A DNA stretch of 64,000 nucleotides from assembly GCA_000182565.2 (NCBI GenBank), contig KQ257467.1; one strand, given 5' to 3'. Source of the stretch: Spizellomyces punctatus DAOM BR117. Its lineage: Eukaryota. Position numbers and translations under genes: made by a program. Below, piece by piece: positions 49,370 through 62,583 of this stretch (position 1 is the stretch's first letter; each line of letters starts with the position of its first letter). Under the pieces are notes generated by a model. It saw nothing but the letters and a program-made list of their open reading frames with translations. It made no database searches and had not been told where the DNA came from.

Positions 49370-51770
49370 ATGATAATGCGTGATGAGGACAAGGAAACTA
49401 CAGATTCTGGTTATCATACAATGTCTGAAGACGGAAGCGTTCGCTCATCCTGCTCGGAGGACGGTTATCCGACTCAACCAGCAACTCCAGTGACAACAGT
49501 CAACATTTTGGAGTATCTCGCAGATGAAGGCGACGTACTCTCTGACCCTTCTCTCACAGACGATGAAAAGCGCGAGAAAATGACTAGTCTCTTTATTCGG
49601 GTGGCGTCCGCTTTGGACGTGGAGAGCATGAAGAGCTTGCTACAAGGCGAAAAGGGACGAACAGTGTGGATCGATGTGGATTGCAGAGACGAGGAGGGAA
49701 ATACGGCGTTAGTCTATGCCGCGGCTTTGGGATGCGATGCAATGGTGTCTCTACTATTAAAAAATGGCGCCAATGTGAATGTTTGCGACAAGAGTGAGTT
49801 TTTTGAAAAGTGGCTATATGTGCGGGTTGAACTTTTTGAGTGATTGATGCCTTTAATTGACAGACGGTTGGTCACCTCTATTCTGGGCTTGTACAAACAG
49901 CCAAACGTCTACTGCCCGCCTCTTGATTGAGCACGGCGCCGACAAGAGTCTGCGATCAAGTTCCGGTAGATCCATACGTGACCTTTTAGGCAAAAAAGTA
50001 AACGCAGGAAACAGAGGAATTATCCGTGTCCTTGAATGCACAGGTGATGGCTACATGGATGACACTGAAAGTCTAATGGGAAGTGAATGGAGCGTCTATG
50101 ATGATGAGAGCGTGGGAATCGGGGAAAGCGAGTGGAGCATGCAACGAGAAGAGGAAGAGCAGATCCCATTTGATTGGTCAGGTTGTCCTTTAGATCAGAT
50201 GCTGGTCTTTGGCTCAGACACCCTCGATCACATACTCGATATTGCGGTATTAAAAGTGTGGTTGATCTGGCTGACCCGACATCGGCAGAGACAGAAACAA
50301 AAGCCATTCACCGCGGCGAATATCCTCTTTTTGTGCGCGCGATATGCACATCATTATCACGGGAACGATCTGGTACAGGAATTGTTTGGGCGAGCGGTCG
50401 ATAAGATTATTGAAATTGTTCGGGTAAGCAGAAGATGCAGTTAAAATCAATTTATTCTTTCAGTCTGTATTCACGCCTTGTGGCAGTCCAATCGGGACGA
50501 TTCAGCCCTCTTGGCTTATTGGATAGCCAACAGTCTTCAGCTGCTGTATTACCTCAAACGTGATACACACCTCGTTCTCTCGACGCTCAGCACACAAACA
50601 ACACTGTCCGAGCTCATTAATGAGCTGTACAATATTTTCATTCGGGAGATAGAGTCACGTCTCTTGTCTGTTCTGGATGCGGCATTGATCGACTTTAGTG
50701 GCACAGACGACGAGGATCTGTCGCATCAACGCCGCAAGCAACCGCGGTCAAAAGGATCATCGCGAGGGGTGGTGTTTGAGAATGCGTTGTTGGGGAAGAT
50801 GAGCCGAAGAGGGTGGGATTGGGACTGGAAAGTCCCAAATGTAAATATTGGGATAGCTCTTGGAGTGAACGTTGCGGTCGGAGGTGGGGCATCTGGTGTA
50901 TTGTCATCGACATCCCCACCCAAGAAGCTCCGACGGCCGCGCCAACCTGCCACATCACCTGTCGTTGCAAAGTCGACGTTGTCCACCACTCCACCCACCC
51001 CGCGCACCGTCACTACCCTTTTAACCCACACCTTACACATTCTCCAGCAAACTCAAAACCACCCACATATCATCAACAGAACCTTCCATCAACTCCTCCA
51101 TTTTCTCTCCACGACTGTCTTCAATCATATCCTCACGTCACGAACGTCCTCCAATCCGCTATCCAAATCTGGCGCTCTTCAGATTCGTCTCAACATATCA
51201 CATCTCCAAGACTGGATACGGGATGTGGGACACACATACATTCCCTCCAGCAGTGTCTCATTGGAGCAACGTCTTACTCCGATTGTGCAGCTAACAAAAA
51301 TACTTGGGATCTTGACAAGTCTAGAGAGCATTGACGACTTTCTAGAGATCAAAAGCGTTGTTGTGGATGGACTGGGATTTTTGCAACTGCGGCGAGTCAT
51401 TGAAGGTTATCGATACGAAGTGGGAGAACCTACTATCGCAACCGATATATCAGAGTACATTTCTCGCATGTGCGAAACTCTTGAAAATGATGACACCGTT
51501 CCTGACGAAGAGACCATGAAAGGCACAGATGAAGAAGGAGAAGAGGAACAAGACGGCCTTGCTAACCCCAAACGGGATCCTTGTATTGACTTGCTGGATC
51601 CTGGATTTATGTTACCCTTCCAAGTTCCAGTTTATTTGGATGACGATGAAGCTGGAGGGTTAGGATGGGGCATGGGAAGTCCTTGGATAGAGCCGGACGT
51701 TGTCGGGTTTTTGGATGAGCAAGGCGTTGGCGAACAGTATAGTTTAGCTAGTAGTTTTTGTCGTAGTTGA
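49370..51770 (+). CDS. Ankyrin-repeat plus DIL (dilute) domain protein
   Basis: Ankyrin repeats (DEEGNTALVYAAALG...LLLKNGANVN; DGWSPLFWAC), FDWSGCPLDQMLVF, LAYWIANSLQLLYYLKRD and DIL-type ALQIRLNISHLQDW. Confidence 0.85.
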
Positions 51771-52138
51771 ATTCTTAGTTTTTTTCTTTTTTTTCCTCTT
51801 TTCTTGTATTCTTTTGTATAGGTCTGTAACTAGCTTTTTGTTACGATGTAGGCGATCTAATATAGTTTGCACCTCTTTTTTGATAGTTTGGAATGTTTGA
51901 CGGTCGATAGCAAATGAGTTTTCTTGTCAATCTCCCTGAAGGAATTGAATTTAATCGACTTGAACTTTGGCATAAAGTTGCTGTTCGTTGACGAGTTGAT
52001 GTTAATAAACGCATCTTTGTCGGTGATACATTGGCATGGCAACAACACGTCATTTTGATGTTGTCATCTCTGGAGCATCCTTTGGTTTGCTCTTGCTTTT
52101 CTACTTTTTGCGTTTGCTTTGTACAGACAAATGACAGC

Positions 52139-54481
52139 ATGGAGAATGCATTTTCACCCCGTGTCAAGTCCCTCATCGGCATAGCACCCAACGACAGAGC
52201 GCATGCGCAAAATATCAAAGACGCTCTACTGGAAGACCGACTGAACTTTTCTGTTCTCCCCGACTGTACGCTCTAATGTGCTACTAATGTTGGTTTTCAT
52301 TGGTGTAGGGTCGATTAAACTTATTCATAATTCAATAGGTGAAGATCCAAGGACGGTGGATGCTGATATTCTTTTCAAGGCGTCGTCTCAAGTTCGCTCT
52401 GTAGCGGTCGCCGTCCACATGTTTCCTGGTTACCCTCCATGGAGGGACGAATTTGACTGGGCCAGTGACGAGATGCGTTATGTAGGGTGAGCGCGTTACA
52501 ATAAATAAGTGGGCCGAGGGATCACTTTTCTCATGTTGCTTTTTTGTCATGTATGGGATAGATGACGAAGCGATGTGTGGAGATGGCGGAACATGGATGT
52601 GCATATTTGGCATGCTGTGTATTGGTAACGATATTAGAAAGATTGTTAGGCGATGTACGTGTGGAGCCACTTTTGTCTTTTTGCCATATCAGAATGTCAT
52701 GCTGAATCTAGCCTTGTTAGATCCTTTTCACCGTATCTGATGGCGATTCGTCTCTGATTCCATTTCTATTACGAGATCTCCTGGTAACAACAGAGTTAGA
52801 AGCTGTGTTGGGTTCCAAATTGGTTAGTGTCATGATTATTAGTTTTTAATGAAGGTGATACTCATTATTCTATGTACAGATCTTTACTATGCGCATACTC
52901 ATGGGAACGCCTCTTGCCATGAACATTCGAAATATTCTTTGGCATGGATTCGCTCATCCAGCGGAATTTGAACCGCCTGCGAAAATTTATTTCGCCTTCT
53001 TTATGATGATTTTGCTTGAGGTTGTTACTAGAGCGCGCGAATCACTCGGCAAGCTATCGCATAGATCGAAAATAGCCTTTGAGAGCACGCCCTTGGAGGA
53101 AATTGATCAGCAGTATTCCGCCGTATGTTTCAATGAAGGTATGTGTAAAAGTTTTTGCAGTTTCCAAATGTTTATCATTAACAAATGGAATAGATTTGCC
53201 CCCCGCAACTCTCCCTGCTTCGTCCTTGGAACCAATTGTTGGTCTCATTACCTTGTCAACTTTCCCCTTACCGGGAACCATCGACTACAACATGTTCTCG
53301 CTCCTTGCCTATGCGGTAGGAGACTATCATACCTTCCTGGTATCGTCCATACCGATGCTAGAGCACGCTCTTCGGATTGTTTATGTCCGTGCTGCAGGGG
53401 AAGACGCTTCAAGGCTTTTGGTTGCAGATAATAGAGTGATGTATCTGACTTTGGATGAAATGCTCGCGGATGGACGGGCCCTTTTGACTGAGCAGCTCGG
53501 ACACTGCTGCGTGGTGAGTAATGTGGCCTGTGCTGCTTTATATTGATCCAAAAGTTAATAGTCTGGTTTCAGGAGTTATTATTAGATATGTTCAGTTTCC
53601 CAGCGGGACCACGGCTTCGAGATAGGCTTTCACATGGTGAAGCCAATAACGTTGTCGGATCAACAGCCTCTAGACACATTTACATCAATCCAACCATTAC
53701 CCAAACCTTTTTTTCTCTCCTCATTTACTTGATGTGGATCTATTCTCCTGCGGCTGGGGGATTAAAGTTCAGTGGCCTCGTGGCGACTTGCGTAGATTTT
53801 GTGAAGCACTATCATAGCCGATACCACCCAGTCGCACGTATTCGCCAAGAGCTGGTAAAGGCCTTTGTGGAGATTGACAGATGCTTCCATACCATGTGCC
53901 AAGCTGCGTACACGCTGGCAATACCTATTGAAGAAGAGGATACACAAACAGTTTCCCTCGCTGGCGAATGGACACGGATGAGCAAACTGCCTTATCCATT
54001 ACAGCAAAATCTCTATACAGTAACTCGCCTTCTTTGTCAGCAGCCAACCCGTTTGTTTACTTTTCCACCGAGCTGTCTCAGTCAACGGTCCATTTCCCAC
54101 GCCCTCGAAACCCTCCCCCGATGCCACTTGCCCCAACCTCAACACAAATTTCCATACGTCCACGTCATCCGCATCCTCAGTCACATCCGTCAAACCATCT
54201 GCAATTTAGAAACCAAATCCCAAGTAACGCGTAAACGCATGACAATCATAACGGGAGGGGGTTCAGTCATTGCGGTGCTATGGACTGTCTTGAGTATCTT
54301 GGAGCAATCCCTTGTTCCCGGGTCCGACTTTTCCAGCAACGTATTGAAACGAATTGCCACCGTTGTGGATCGATGTGCGGCGATTGTTAAAGGCGGGGAA
54401 TGGTGGAAGGTGCAAGGAGAGGTTGAGGCTTGGGTAATGGAATTGAAGGGTAACCATCAACGGAGACGCTTTGGTGATTAA
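52139..54481 (+). CDS. ERMARD: ERMARD-like (DUF4209) protein with two HEPN-type RxxxxH motifs
   Basis: PFLLRDLL...EL, GTPLAMNIRNILWHGF, PMLEHALR, YLTLDEML and GPRLRDRLSHGE match recalled ERMARD/C6orf70 motifs. Confidence 0.8.
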
Positions 54482-54819
54482 TAGACTGGAAGTGGTTGCA
54501 CTCGTACAATGTTTTTACTGGCATACTTTACTATCACGGTTGTATACCCTTTACTTCATTTGATGATGAGAATCAGCAATACTCTGTCCCACTTTCTTGA
54601 AAGTTTTGATGGGCATATATAAGGTTAGGTAAATATCAAGATGAACGTTGCACAACCTTTTGGGCCGAATTCACGTGATCAAATGTTTTACTGGCTAATT
54701 AATCGAGTAAACTTTCAAAATCACGACGAATATCAATGTTTGAAAAAAGGTCAAAACATCCTAAAATCAAAATACTCCCTAATCTGCCTACGGTTGAACA
54801 GAGATATGGACTCACAAAT

Positions 54820-57261
54820 TTAGGCAACTGAACTCGCAGTCTCCGTCGCGGATGGCTCCACCGAAGGTGGAGCCCACAGCACTTCGTCCCCCTCCCCTGC
54901 TTTTGTACTGCTACTCCTAGAACTAGACATTTCTTTTACCCGCTCAACAGAAACGCTCACACCTCTCTCAAACCCAACGCGTTCCAAAATCTCTGGCAGG
55001 GTATCCCGATATTTTAAATGCCCTTTGACAATATCCGACAAGTCCACATTATCAACAATATTGCGTCCTTTTTCGCATTCTCCAATACGAATCTTTCGTA
55101 AGCCCGCAACGCCGTTCTTGGCTTGGCTCGCTCGATACAAGTATGATAGAAACCAATCCCCCTTTGCATACCCGTTTACAACCCGCCCGCTGACCACACT
55201 TGCTACTTGACGCCATTCCAAAGGGTTGACGCCTACGGGTGCTCCGAGTAAATAGGCTTCGTCAACAATACCATACGCCTTCATTTTCGAGAGTTCCAAG
55301 AGACAGTAGAATATGGTTCTCGCGCCGAGAGACCAGCCTATGAGCGTCACAGGGCGCTTTCCTTGAACGTATTTAGCTAACACATCCCTGGCAAGGACGA
55401 GACCCGCCTTTCTAGCGCGGTCCAGACCAATCGTCCACGGGTTGTCCACTAAATATCCCATTTGCAACAGACCAACGGGCCACACAAGGGCAGACATGAG
55501 ACCCGCTAGCATCGTCTGCTTGAGAACAGCAGTTGTACCATATGTAACAGCTGTGGATGTCATAAAAGACTGAAACGCTTTCCCGAGGTCCAGCAAGTGA
55601 TGGGGATCAAAGGACAGGGCAGTGACCTCTGAGAAGGGTGCGTAGGCGGGAAGGACTGTCCAAGGGTCTGTAATATCGGATTCAGTGGTTAGCCAGCCGG
55701 AAATGGGTATGATGAGATGTAAAGATTGTGTGTTTGAATTTCCAGCATGCGGATTGGGCGGTGGTGTCAGGGAGTGGAAGGCAAATACTGAAAGAGATCC
55801 CAGGCGGCGATTGAACCGATAAGCTGTTGGTACAATGTGTTGCATTAGATATAATTCATCTGTTTCAACGCGGATATGATCGACTCGCACCTGTAAGACC
55901 ACCTCCTGTCACTCCAAAGAGCGTGCCAACAATAGCTACACCGGCAGTAGTACCCAGAGTTGCGCATAAACCGGCGTGTGCCGCCAATCCGAGGCCTGAG
56001 AACAAGCCTCCCAAACCTGCTCCAATCATTGGTGCTGCAAGTCCTTTTTGGCGCCATCATTGTCGACAAGTGAATACGAGTGTGTTCATCATAGAATGGA
56101 TGAACGATGATGTTCCTTACTTACCCCCTGTCAGTCCGATGACCACACCTCCCCCGACGGTCGCCAACCCTACTCCAGCCCACCGCTTCCACTTTTCCCT
56201 TGTTTCTTCCAACTGTGGTACAGTTCCATCATTGTCCTGCCGCTTAATGTGCGATTCTTCCCAAAGCTTTTCGGCAACGATATGCTCGACTTCCTGCACC
56301 ATCAGTCCCCTTGCTTTGCTTTCCTCCATCTCGTCCCTTCCATCCGCGTCATAAACACCATCCCAAATGAGTAACGACAGTCTCCTTAATATAGTTCTCA
56401 GACGGGCATCGTAGCGAAGTTCACTTGACTTCATAACAGTTTCTTGAAGTGATGAAAAGATGAGATTGGAAAGAATAAGGGATATGGCGTCACGTTCGTC
56501 GCTGCGTTTGACGGTGTGGTCAGAGTTGGTACCGTCTGCGGCTTGTGCCCTTACGGCGGATGCAGCGGCCTTTATAGAACTGGAGAGACTTTGTGAGAGA
56601 GATTCAATCGTTACGCCGTGATTTGAGAGATCTTTGATGATATCGAGTTCTGAAAACAGTACAAGAGAATGGATCATTACGCTGCCATTATCCATTCCTG
56701 AGGCAAAATGAAAAATCTACCTTTGCCTTGCAGCGCATTAGAAGTAGCAATTCCGTGCAGTAATTGCTGTCGCCATGTACGATAGGATGTTACGGATGGA
56801 TGACGCGACGGATCCGTCTCAGAATCCTTTGCTTCAAAGACGCTGGTCACTTTTGACCAAAAGCCTTTCCCATTGGAGTCATCCTGTTGTCCTTCCCCGC
56901 TAACAGTACCTTCTTCAGAAAGTAAACTTGTGGTAGACACCTTCTCGCTCAATTCATCATCTGTTAAATGCTCTACGTCCTCCTCGTCGTCGTCCTTTGG
57001 CAGGACCTCCCAATTACCGGCAATGAGTCTTTCCAGCGCTGTCTCTTCCGACTCGGCGAGTAGCCATACTAGACCAATGTATGCGAAAACGAGGTCGTCT
57101 GAAATATGGAACTGGTGAGACGCTGGACTATACGGTGGCGCTGGAAAACTCGGGTCGGGAACATCATCTGCGAGTGAACTGGTTCGAGGTGGTAATGGAG
57201 GCGGTGAGTCCAAATGTTCTGAGCCCGCCGCTATATTCACTGCTAAGGGAGTATCCGGCAT
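54820..57261 (-). CDS. DUF726/TMCO4 (Mil1-like) membrane-associated alpha/beta-hydrolase
   Basis: YDARLR, VGLATVGGGVVIGLTGG|LAAP, IPISGWL, LVDNPW, GKRPVTLIGWSLGARTIF, VVSGRVVNGY, DWFLSYLYR, GHLKY. Confidence 0.9.
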
Positions 57262-57376
57262 GGGCAATCCACTGTTGAATGGTGAACAAGGCAAGTTGCC
57301 GTTTTTGCACGTAGGAAGCGGGGGGAGATTGGAGAGGCCTTAAACCTCGGCTGGGCAAATGCTCGCAAGCCTCGCG

Positions 57377-57413
57377 ATGAGTCATCAGACGGGACGCGTA
57401 CGTGTTCGCGAAA
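57377..57413. promoter_or_regulatory. Candidate cis-element cluster in a divergent promoter (AP-1/Gcn4-type, MCB and SCB-like sites)
   Basis: ATGAGTCAT at 57377, ACGCGT at 57394 and CGCGAAA at 57407, within 40 nt of a ~230-nt intergenic gap. Consensus match only. Confidence 0.3.
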
Positions 57414-57494
57414 GGTGTTCCAAAAAGGTGTTGAGTTTAAGGAAATCTTTGGAAATTAGGGCTGGCAGGAAAAAACCCTTTTCGCTACTCTGTC

Positions 57495-58304
57495 ATGACG
57501 CTACAAGCAACGCTCGCCTTTGTCGTCATCTATGCTGCTTTACAGCTTGCATTTTTTGTCCCGTTCGCTTCCGCTGATGAGCATAACCCAAAGCAAGCAG
57601 CCCCTCTTGCCCGCCAATTAGTGTCCTTATCAAAGATTGGTGAGCTGGCAACCGTGATGGCTCCTGGAGTGCGCGCGGGTAGGAAGCACTATCCATTTAG
57701 CACGCCAGAATATGTGTCGGACGAATGTCCGTCTTCAGGAAGTCCTCTTTTGTATCTGGTTACATGGGGCGTACGTATAGCAAGCATTCCCTTTCGCTGC
57801 GGGGATTGCAACCGTTATCACTCACAGTACCATTTTTTTAATGGCATGCATGTAGACGCACGCACGTAATGTTAGAGCTAGTCCACATGCATCCGTCTCT
57901 TTCCGGCATCCAAACTTTACTCTTACACCACCGGACTCTCGCGGGGAACTGGATGAAGCTCGCGTTTCATTGTTGGGAGATTTGGTCCGAGTCGAGGGAG
58001 ACGATGAGGTGCGTCGCGGTCGTGAAAGAGAACGTTTATGAGCAGAATTAAGGGGTTGCGTTCTTAGATAAAGAAGGCGCAAGAATGTTTTTTCGCGCGG
58101 CATCCAGATGCCAAAGAGTTTCCACACCATTCAGCTTTTTATCGCTTGGAGGTTCAGGATGTGCGATGGATTGGGGGTTTTGGAGATAGACATTTCAATG
58201 GATGGATACCGGCTGATTTGTATCTAGACAATCCCCAAGGATCCGCGTTGCAAATGCAGGGAAACGGGTTAAAGAGACGAGGCAAGAGATCCAGGATCGA
58301 CTAA
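57495..58304 (+). CDS. Secreted CREG-like pyridoxamine-5'-phosphate-oxidase-fold (split-barrel) protein, 2 introns
   Basis: Signal peptide, then ARQLV, YPFSTPEY, ARVSLLGDL, CFFARHPDAK, FYRLEV, WIGGFGD...GWIP. Stop TAA 58302-58304. Confidence 0.85.
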
Positions 58305-58471
58305 TTGTTGATTTGTTAGACTTGTTTGGCAAGGACGTGATGCAATGATGCAGTTGGAGATGGATTTTTCTTGATATTCTTTTTATCAAGGATTAAAGAT
58401 AGGATCCATCGACAATAGCATTACCCTCCAAAAATATCATTAGCGTCAATAGTAAATATATCTACAAGGTG

Positions 58472-60895
58472 TTATGGGTCAAACTCGAGATTGACCAACA
58501 TGACTGCCGAGTCCATGAGAACATGAATCGCCATCACCATGGTAAGCACAAACGTGCGAGGATTTCTACTAACAAATTTCACCCATTCCTGCCAAATCTT
58601 TCGTCCCGTCATCCGATGCACAAGCCAGAATCCCACCAAAGAACCCAACACTTCAGATACAAACGTCGAGAGTGTTTCAAACATCACTCGTCGATACCGA
58701 GTGTCGTCGAGAAGGATGGTTAGAGATGGGTATGCACCCGCATTTGGACCACGTCTGATCGCAGGTATCGAGACCACAAAGCAGACCATGGTAATGAGTT
58801 GAGCGACAGCGTTGAAGGCCTGGAACAGTACTTGGGCTTTGGTATAATCTGTGTAAGACCATGTTTCTGTTGCCTCGCCGAGAGGTGGAAGGGAATAGCG
58901 ACTATTTGGCGTATTATCGTTCACTTGATTGACGGAGGTGGTTGATTTGATTGCGACTGTGGATCGAAGGTGGTTGCGTTTGTTGGGAATGGACGTCGTC
59001 GCAGCCCTTTCTAGGGTGCTAAACTTGGTTTCGCTATTGGCCATTCCTGCTTCTTGGTCCATGCTAGGCTCGGAAATTCCTCTGACAGCGCTGTCGGCCT
59101 TGTTCTCATCGGTGGGGTTATTAAATTCTGCCAGTTCACCGTCCAGTATATCGAGACCGAGACTACTCATGGATCCCGATGCAGTCCGGGTCATGATACT
59201 AGCAGAATCTGAGACGCCGTGCTGAGCTGCAAAGAAGGCTTTCAGAACGCCTGCTTTGTTCCAGTCGCTGAGCCAGATCATGATACGGTGATAATAACGA
59301 GATGTCCTGAATGTAACCCAGGCGACTCTCTGTAAAAGTAAAACTAGCCGTTAGTGTACACGATAGGCAACATTCAAACGTGGAATCCGCTCCTTTACCT
59401 GCACGAAATTGATTGCTCCGAATAGAATGATGGTCCAAGTCGACGAGAACGCCGCTGTAAAGACATTCCTATAGACTGGATACAACCATTAGTTTCGAAA
59501 AGTCCATCTGAAATGGTCTCTCCTCAGAGTACATACGCATCCAGTAAATCATATCACAGAAAAATGTGTATGCATAGATTGTGTGCCGTGGTCTACAAAG
59601 AGATGTTCAATTAAATGTTTACGGATGCTGCAAACTAGAGGAGACAACTATACCCAAGTTTTGCATGCAGGAGGATAGTGCCAATGGTAGTGACACCGAC
59701 AATAAACAACCGTAATGTGTAGATAAGAACTGCAGGTGGAGATGACATTACAGTTAGAATAAACGTGAATGGACCAGAATCCGTTGGTGACAGCGTACCC
59801 AAATCGAGCCAGAGAGGATGGGGGGTTGTTTTAAAGTACGCCCAAGACCACACCTTCAGGACTTGAGCGTCAATTCACAAAAGATTGCTAACCCCAAGCA
59901 GATTAGGCACTTACTTGACCGATAAAGTACGTTGATGCTCCAAAGCATATCGACACTAAGAGCCAGAGAATTTGTACGGTCGGCAAAGGCTCGTTTTCAA
60001 GTTTATGCATCGCCATATCGTGTCCTGATCCAGTTTGCGGAGATTCCAGATGGTGCGGGATGACCTCCTTTGCACATTCACCGGCCTCTTCATCTTCCAC
60101 ACCATTACTCACGCTTCGTACATGTTTGGAATTCACATGGGAAGCCAAAGGACTGATATCCGCGGTTTTTGCTATCAAGCGCATTTTGGCTTCCCAATGC
60201 TTCCGCTCCCACATATTCCTCAAAACCGCATAGTGCATTCCGTAGCCTGTGCAAACAAGGGTATTGAAAACTACCCATAGCTTGCTTGATACCAGCGCTT
60301 GGCGAGGAGAGTACCACACAACGGTGTTCATGACGACGGTGATGACAAGAGGCGGAATGCCAAAGCAGGCTAAATCTCCCCATGAACGGGGCCATAGATA
60401 CGGCGAGAAATTATGTATGGCCAATCCGACACATCCCACCGTCGAAAGGATATATATGGGGAAAAAGACAACATTGTACATCCACCAGTTGAGCGGGAAA
60501 GAGTAGTCTGCGGGGAGGATACCGATATTTCCCCATTCGTGAATAGTGTGCAGTGGTCCCCCGTTGTGAACGTCCACAGTCCCGAGAGGAATATTGATAT
60601 ATCCTACGAAAATAGCGATGCAAAAGGACCAGCATAGAAGACATACGGTCAATGGGTATCGGCTCAACCCTGCCGCAACAAGATAAAAGCCGGCGCTGCA
60701 TTTTTTTCGTCGATGGGTTCCCTTTCCTGCATGTCCTGGCCGTCTTGCAAGTTTTACACTACTTCGATTGGGGTGGTCGGATTTTTCGGCGGGCGACGTT
60801 CCAATGGAGCTACTGCTGGGCTGCCCTACGGTGGAAGCCGGCCGCATTGGGGAGGTCACAGTGTGAAGACCGTGTGCTCTTGAGGGTTCTACCAT
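58472..60895 (-). CDS. Multi-pass membrane protein of unknown function
   Basis: 330-aa and 269-aa open frames plus small exons between them, with many hydrophobic helices separated by two long polar loops. No family recognised; start uncertain. Confidence 0.7.
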
Positions 60896-62583
60896 CCTTC
60901 CGAGTCCCGTGCGCCCTTATGTACCCAAAGAAAATACTTCCGTCTCCAGAGAACAGGTCTTGTTTGCCGTTGTCTCAAGGGGAGAAGGTAACTACATCGA
61001 TCTAAGGAGACAACAGTCCAATGTCCATACGCAATTATTTGGTTGGCAGCTATATCCGGGAATCTATTCTAGTATTGAATAACATTTGTTTGTGATCGTG
61101 GGTAGTTGAGGTCCGGCAAGGAGCAGCCCTGGTTGTGGAAAAAGTGCGAACAGTAAATAGCGTTATGTTAGGCACTCAGCTTAAGGTTAAATGGCCTTTA
61201 ACAATATTTGGACCAGAAGTGTTTGCGTCTGGTGGAGTTCATACCCTGTTCCTCGGAACGATCTTTTGTTTGCATTGTTTTGACCGGAAATGTCGCCCGA
61301 TACTCCGCTGACGTGAATAAATAACAAGAAAAGGACCGATTTGTTTGCCTGCACTACAAGCACTTGCATATGATGGGCATTTGGCTGAGCCAAAATAAAC
61401 ATCGGACTATTAGCTATATAGCGAGTGAAGGGCGAGCTCCGAACAGCCGCGGTCATTTATAGTGGAAACTCATAAGTTTACGATCCTGGTGAACAACGAC
61501 TGCAACATTGTAAGCAAACAAGTACGGTCAACAGTCTACATTGAAAACTTTTAAGAGTACAAGCATTATGCCATGAGCTTGGAATAGTACAAGTGAATTC
61601 CATACCCACCAGGCACTGCTTTCATATCCTTGCCAGACTATCGCCTGTCGTGGTGAATGCCACATTTATGATATTTCAACACAACTTCCCAACATTGCTC
61701 TACTAGTATGTACGCTGACCAGACTTATCCGCAGGCATAAGCACAAGCCGCCCGCCTATTATTCCTTGGGTCCACCAACTTGGACAATAAGATGGCATTT
61801 TGCAGCTTGGTTATTCATGCACCCAAAGGTCATACATTTACGGAATACCACATCTTATTCATGTGACGCTACAATGTTGCATATGAATAATCCTGATACT
61901 CGTCAAGGGTTTCAAGATACTGGCTCTTCTACTTTGCGCCATTGGATTGGTTCCCTACATGGCATAGGATACAGACACACGGGATGAACGTCTCGTTAAA
62001 GCCTCCAACGGGATCAATTGGTGGATGCTCTCTTCAAGCATAAGCAAGCAAATGTATCGTTCAACTGTGTTTGAATGCCTGACACAAAGAGGATTCGTAG
62101 CAGGATATCCTAAAGTTGGAATATGCCCATAAATGCGTTACTAAAATCAGGAACAAAGACACAAAATCGCTGAACCAGAAATAGTCGCTGACTGGAGCGG
62201 TCATAAATTGGGGGATCCCTAAATAACAATGAGGGTTATGATGGCGGTATTCGGGACTTGGGTCACGAGTAAGCAGAAGAAACAGGCGCTGGAAATAAAC
62301 CTGTTGATGGGGGTTTGTCTGTATATTTGTGTGTTGTGTCTACGCTTTGGAAAAAAGCACACTAGTTTCGCGTGAACAAGTTAGTGGAGGTTTTCCCTTT
62401 TCTTTGTGTTTGGTTTGTTTGAAGGTGGGGTGCCCCATTTCTGTTCTTGGATTGTAGCAAAGGGCTGTTAAAGACGGGGGCCGTGAACGTGTTGGCGGAG
62501 ACGTGAACAGACGAATACACACGGCTAGAACGAGCGTATACGAGCGGTTGTGTGCTTTTTGAAACGGTTTTGGCGGTTTCGAG

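Noticed and set aside
8482-54481. A defence island comprising the Mx-like, MAK32-like, HEPN and GIY-YIG-like genes
   Set aside because: The genes are tens of kb apart and separated by housekeeping genes; no evidence of clustering.
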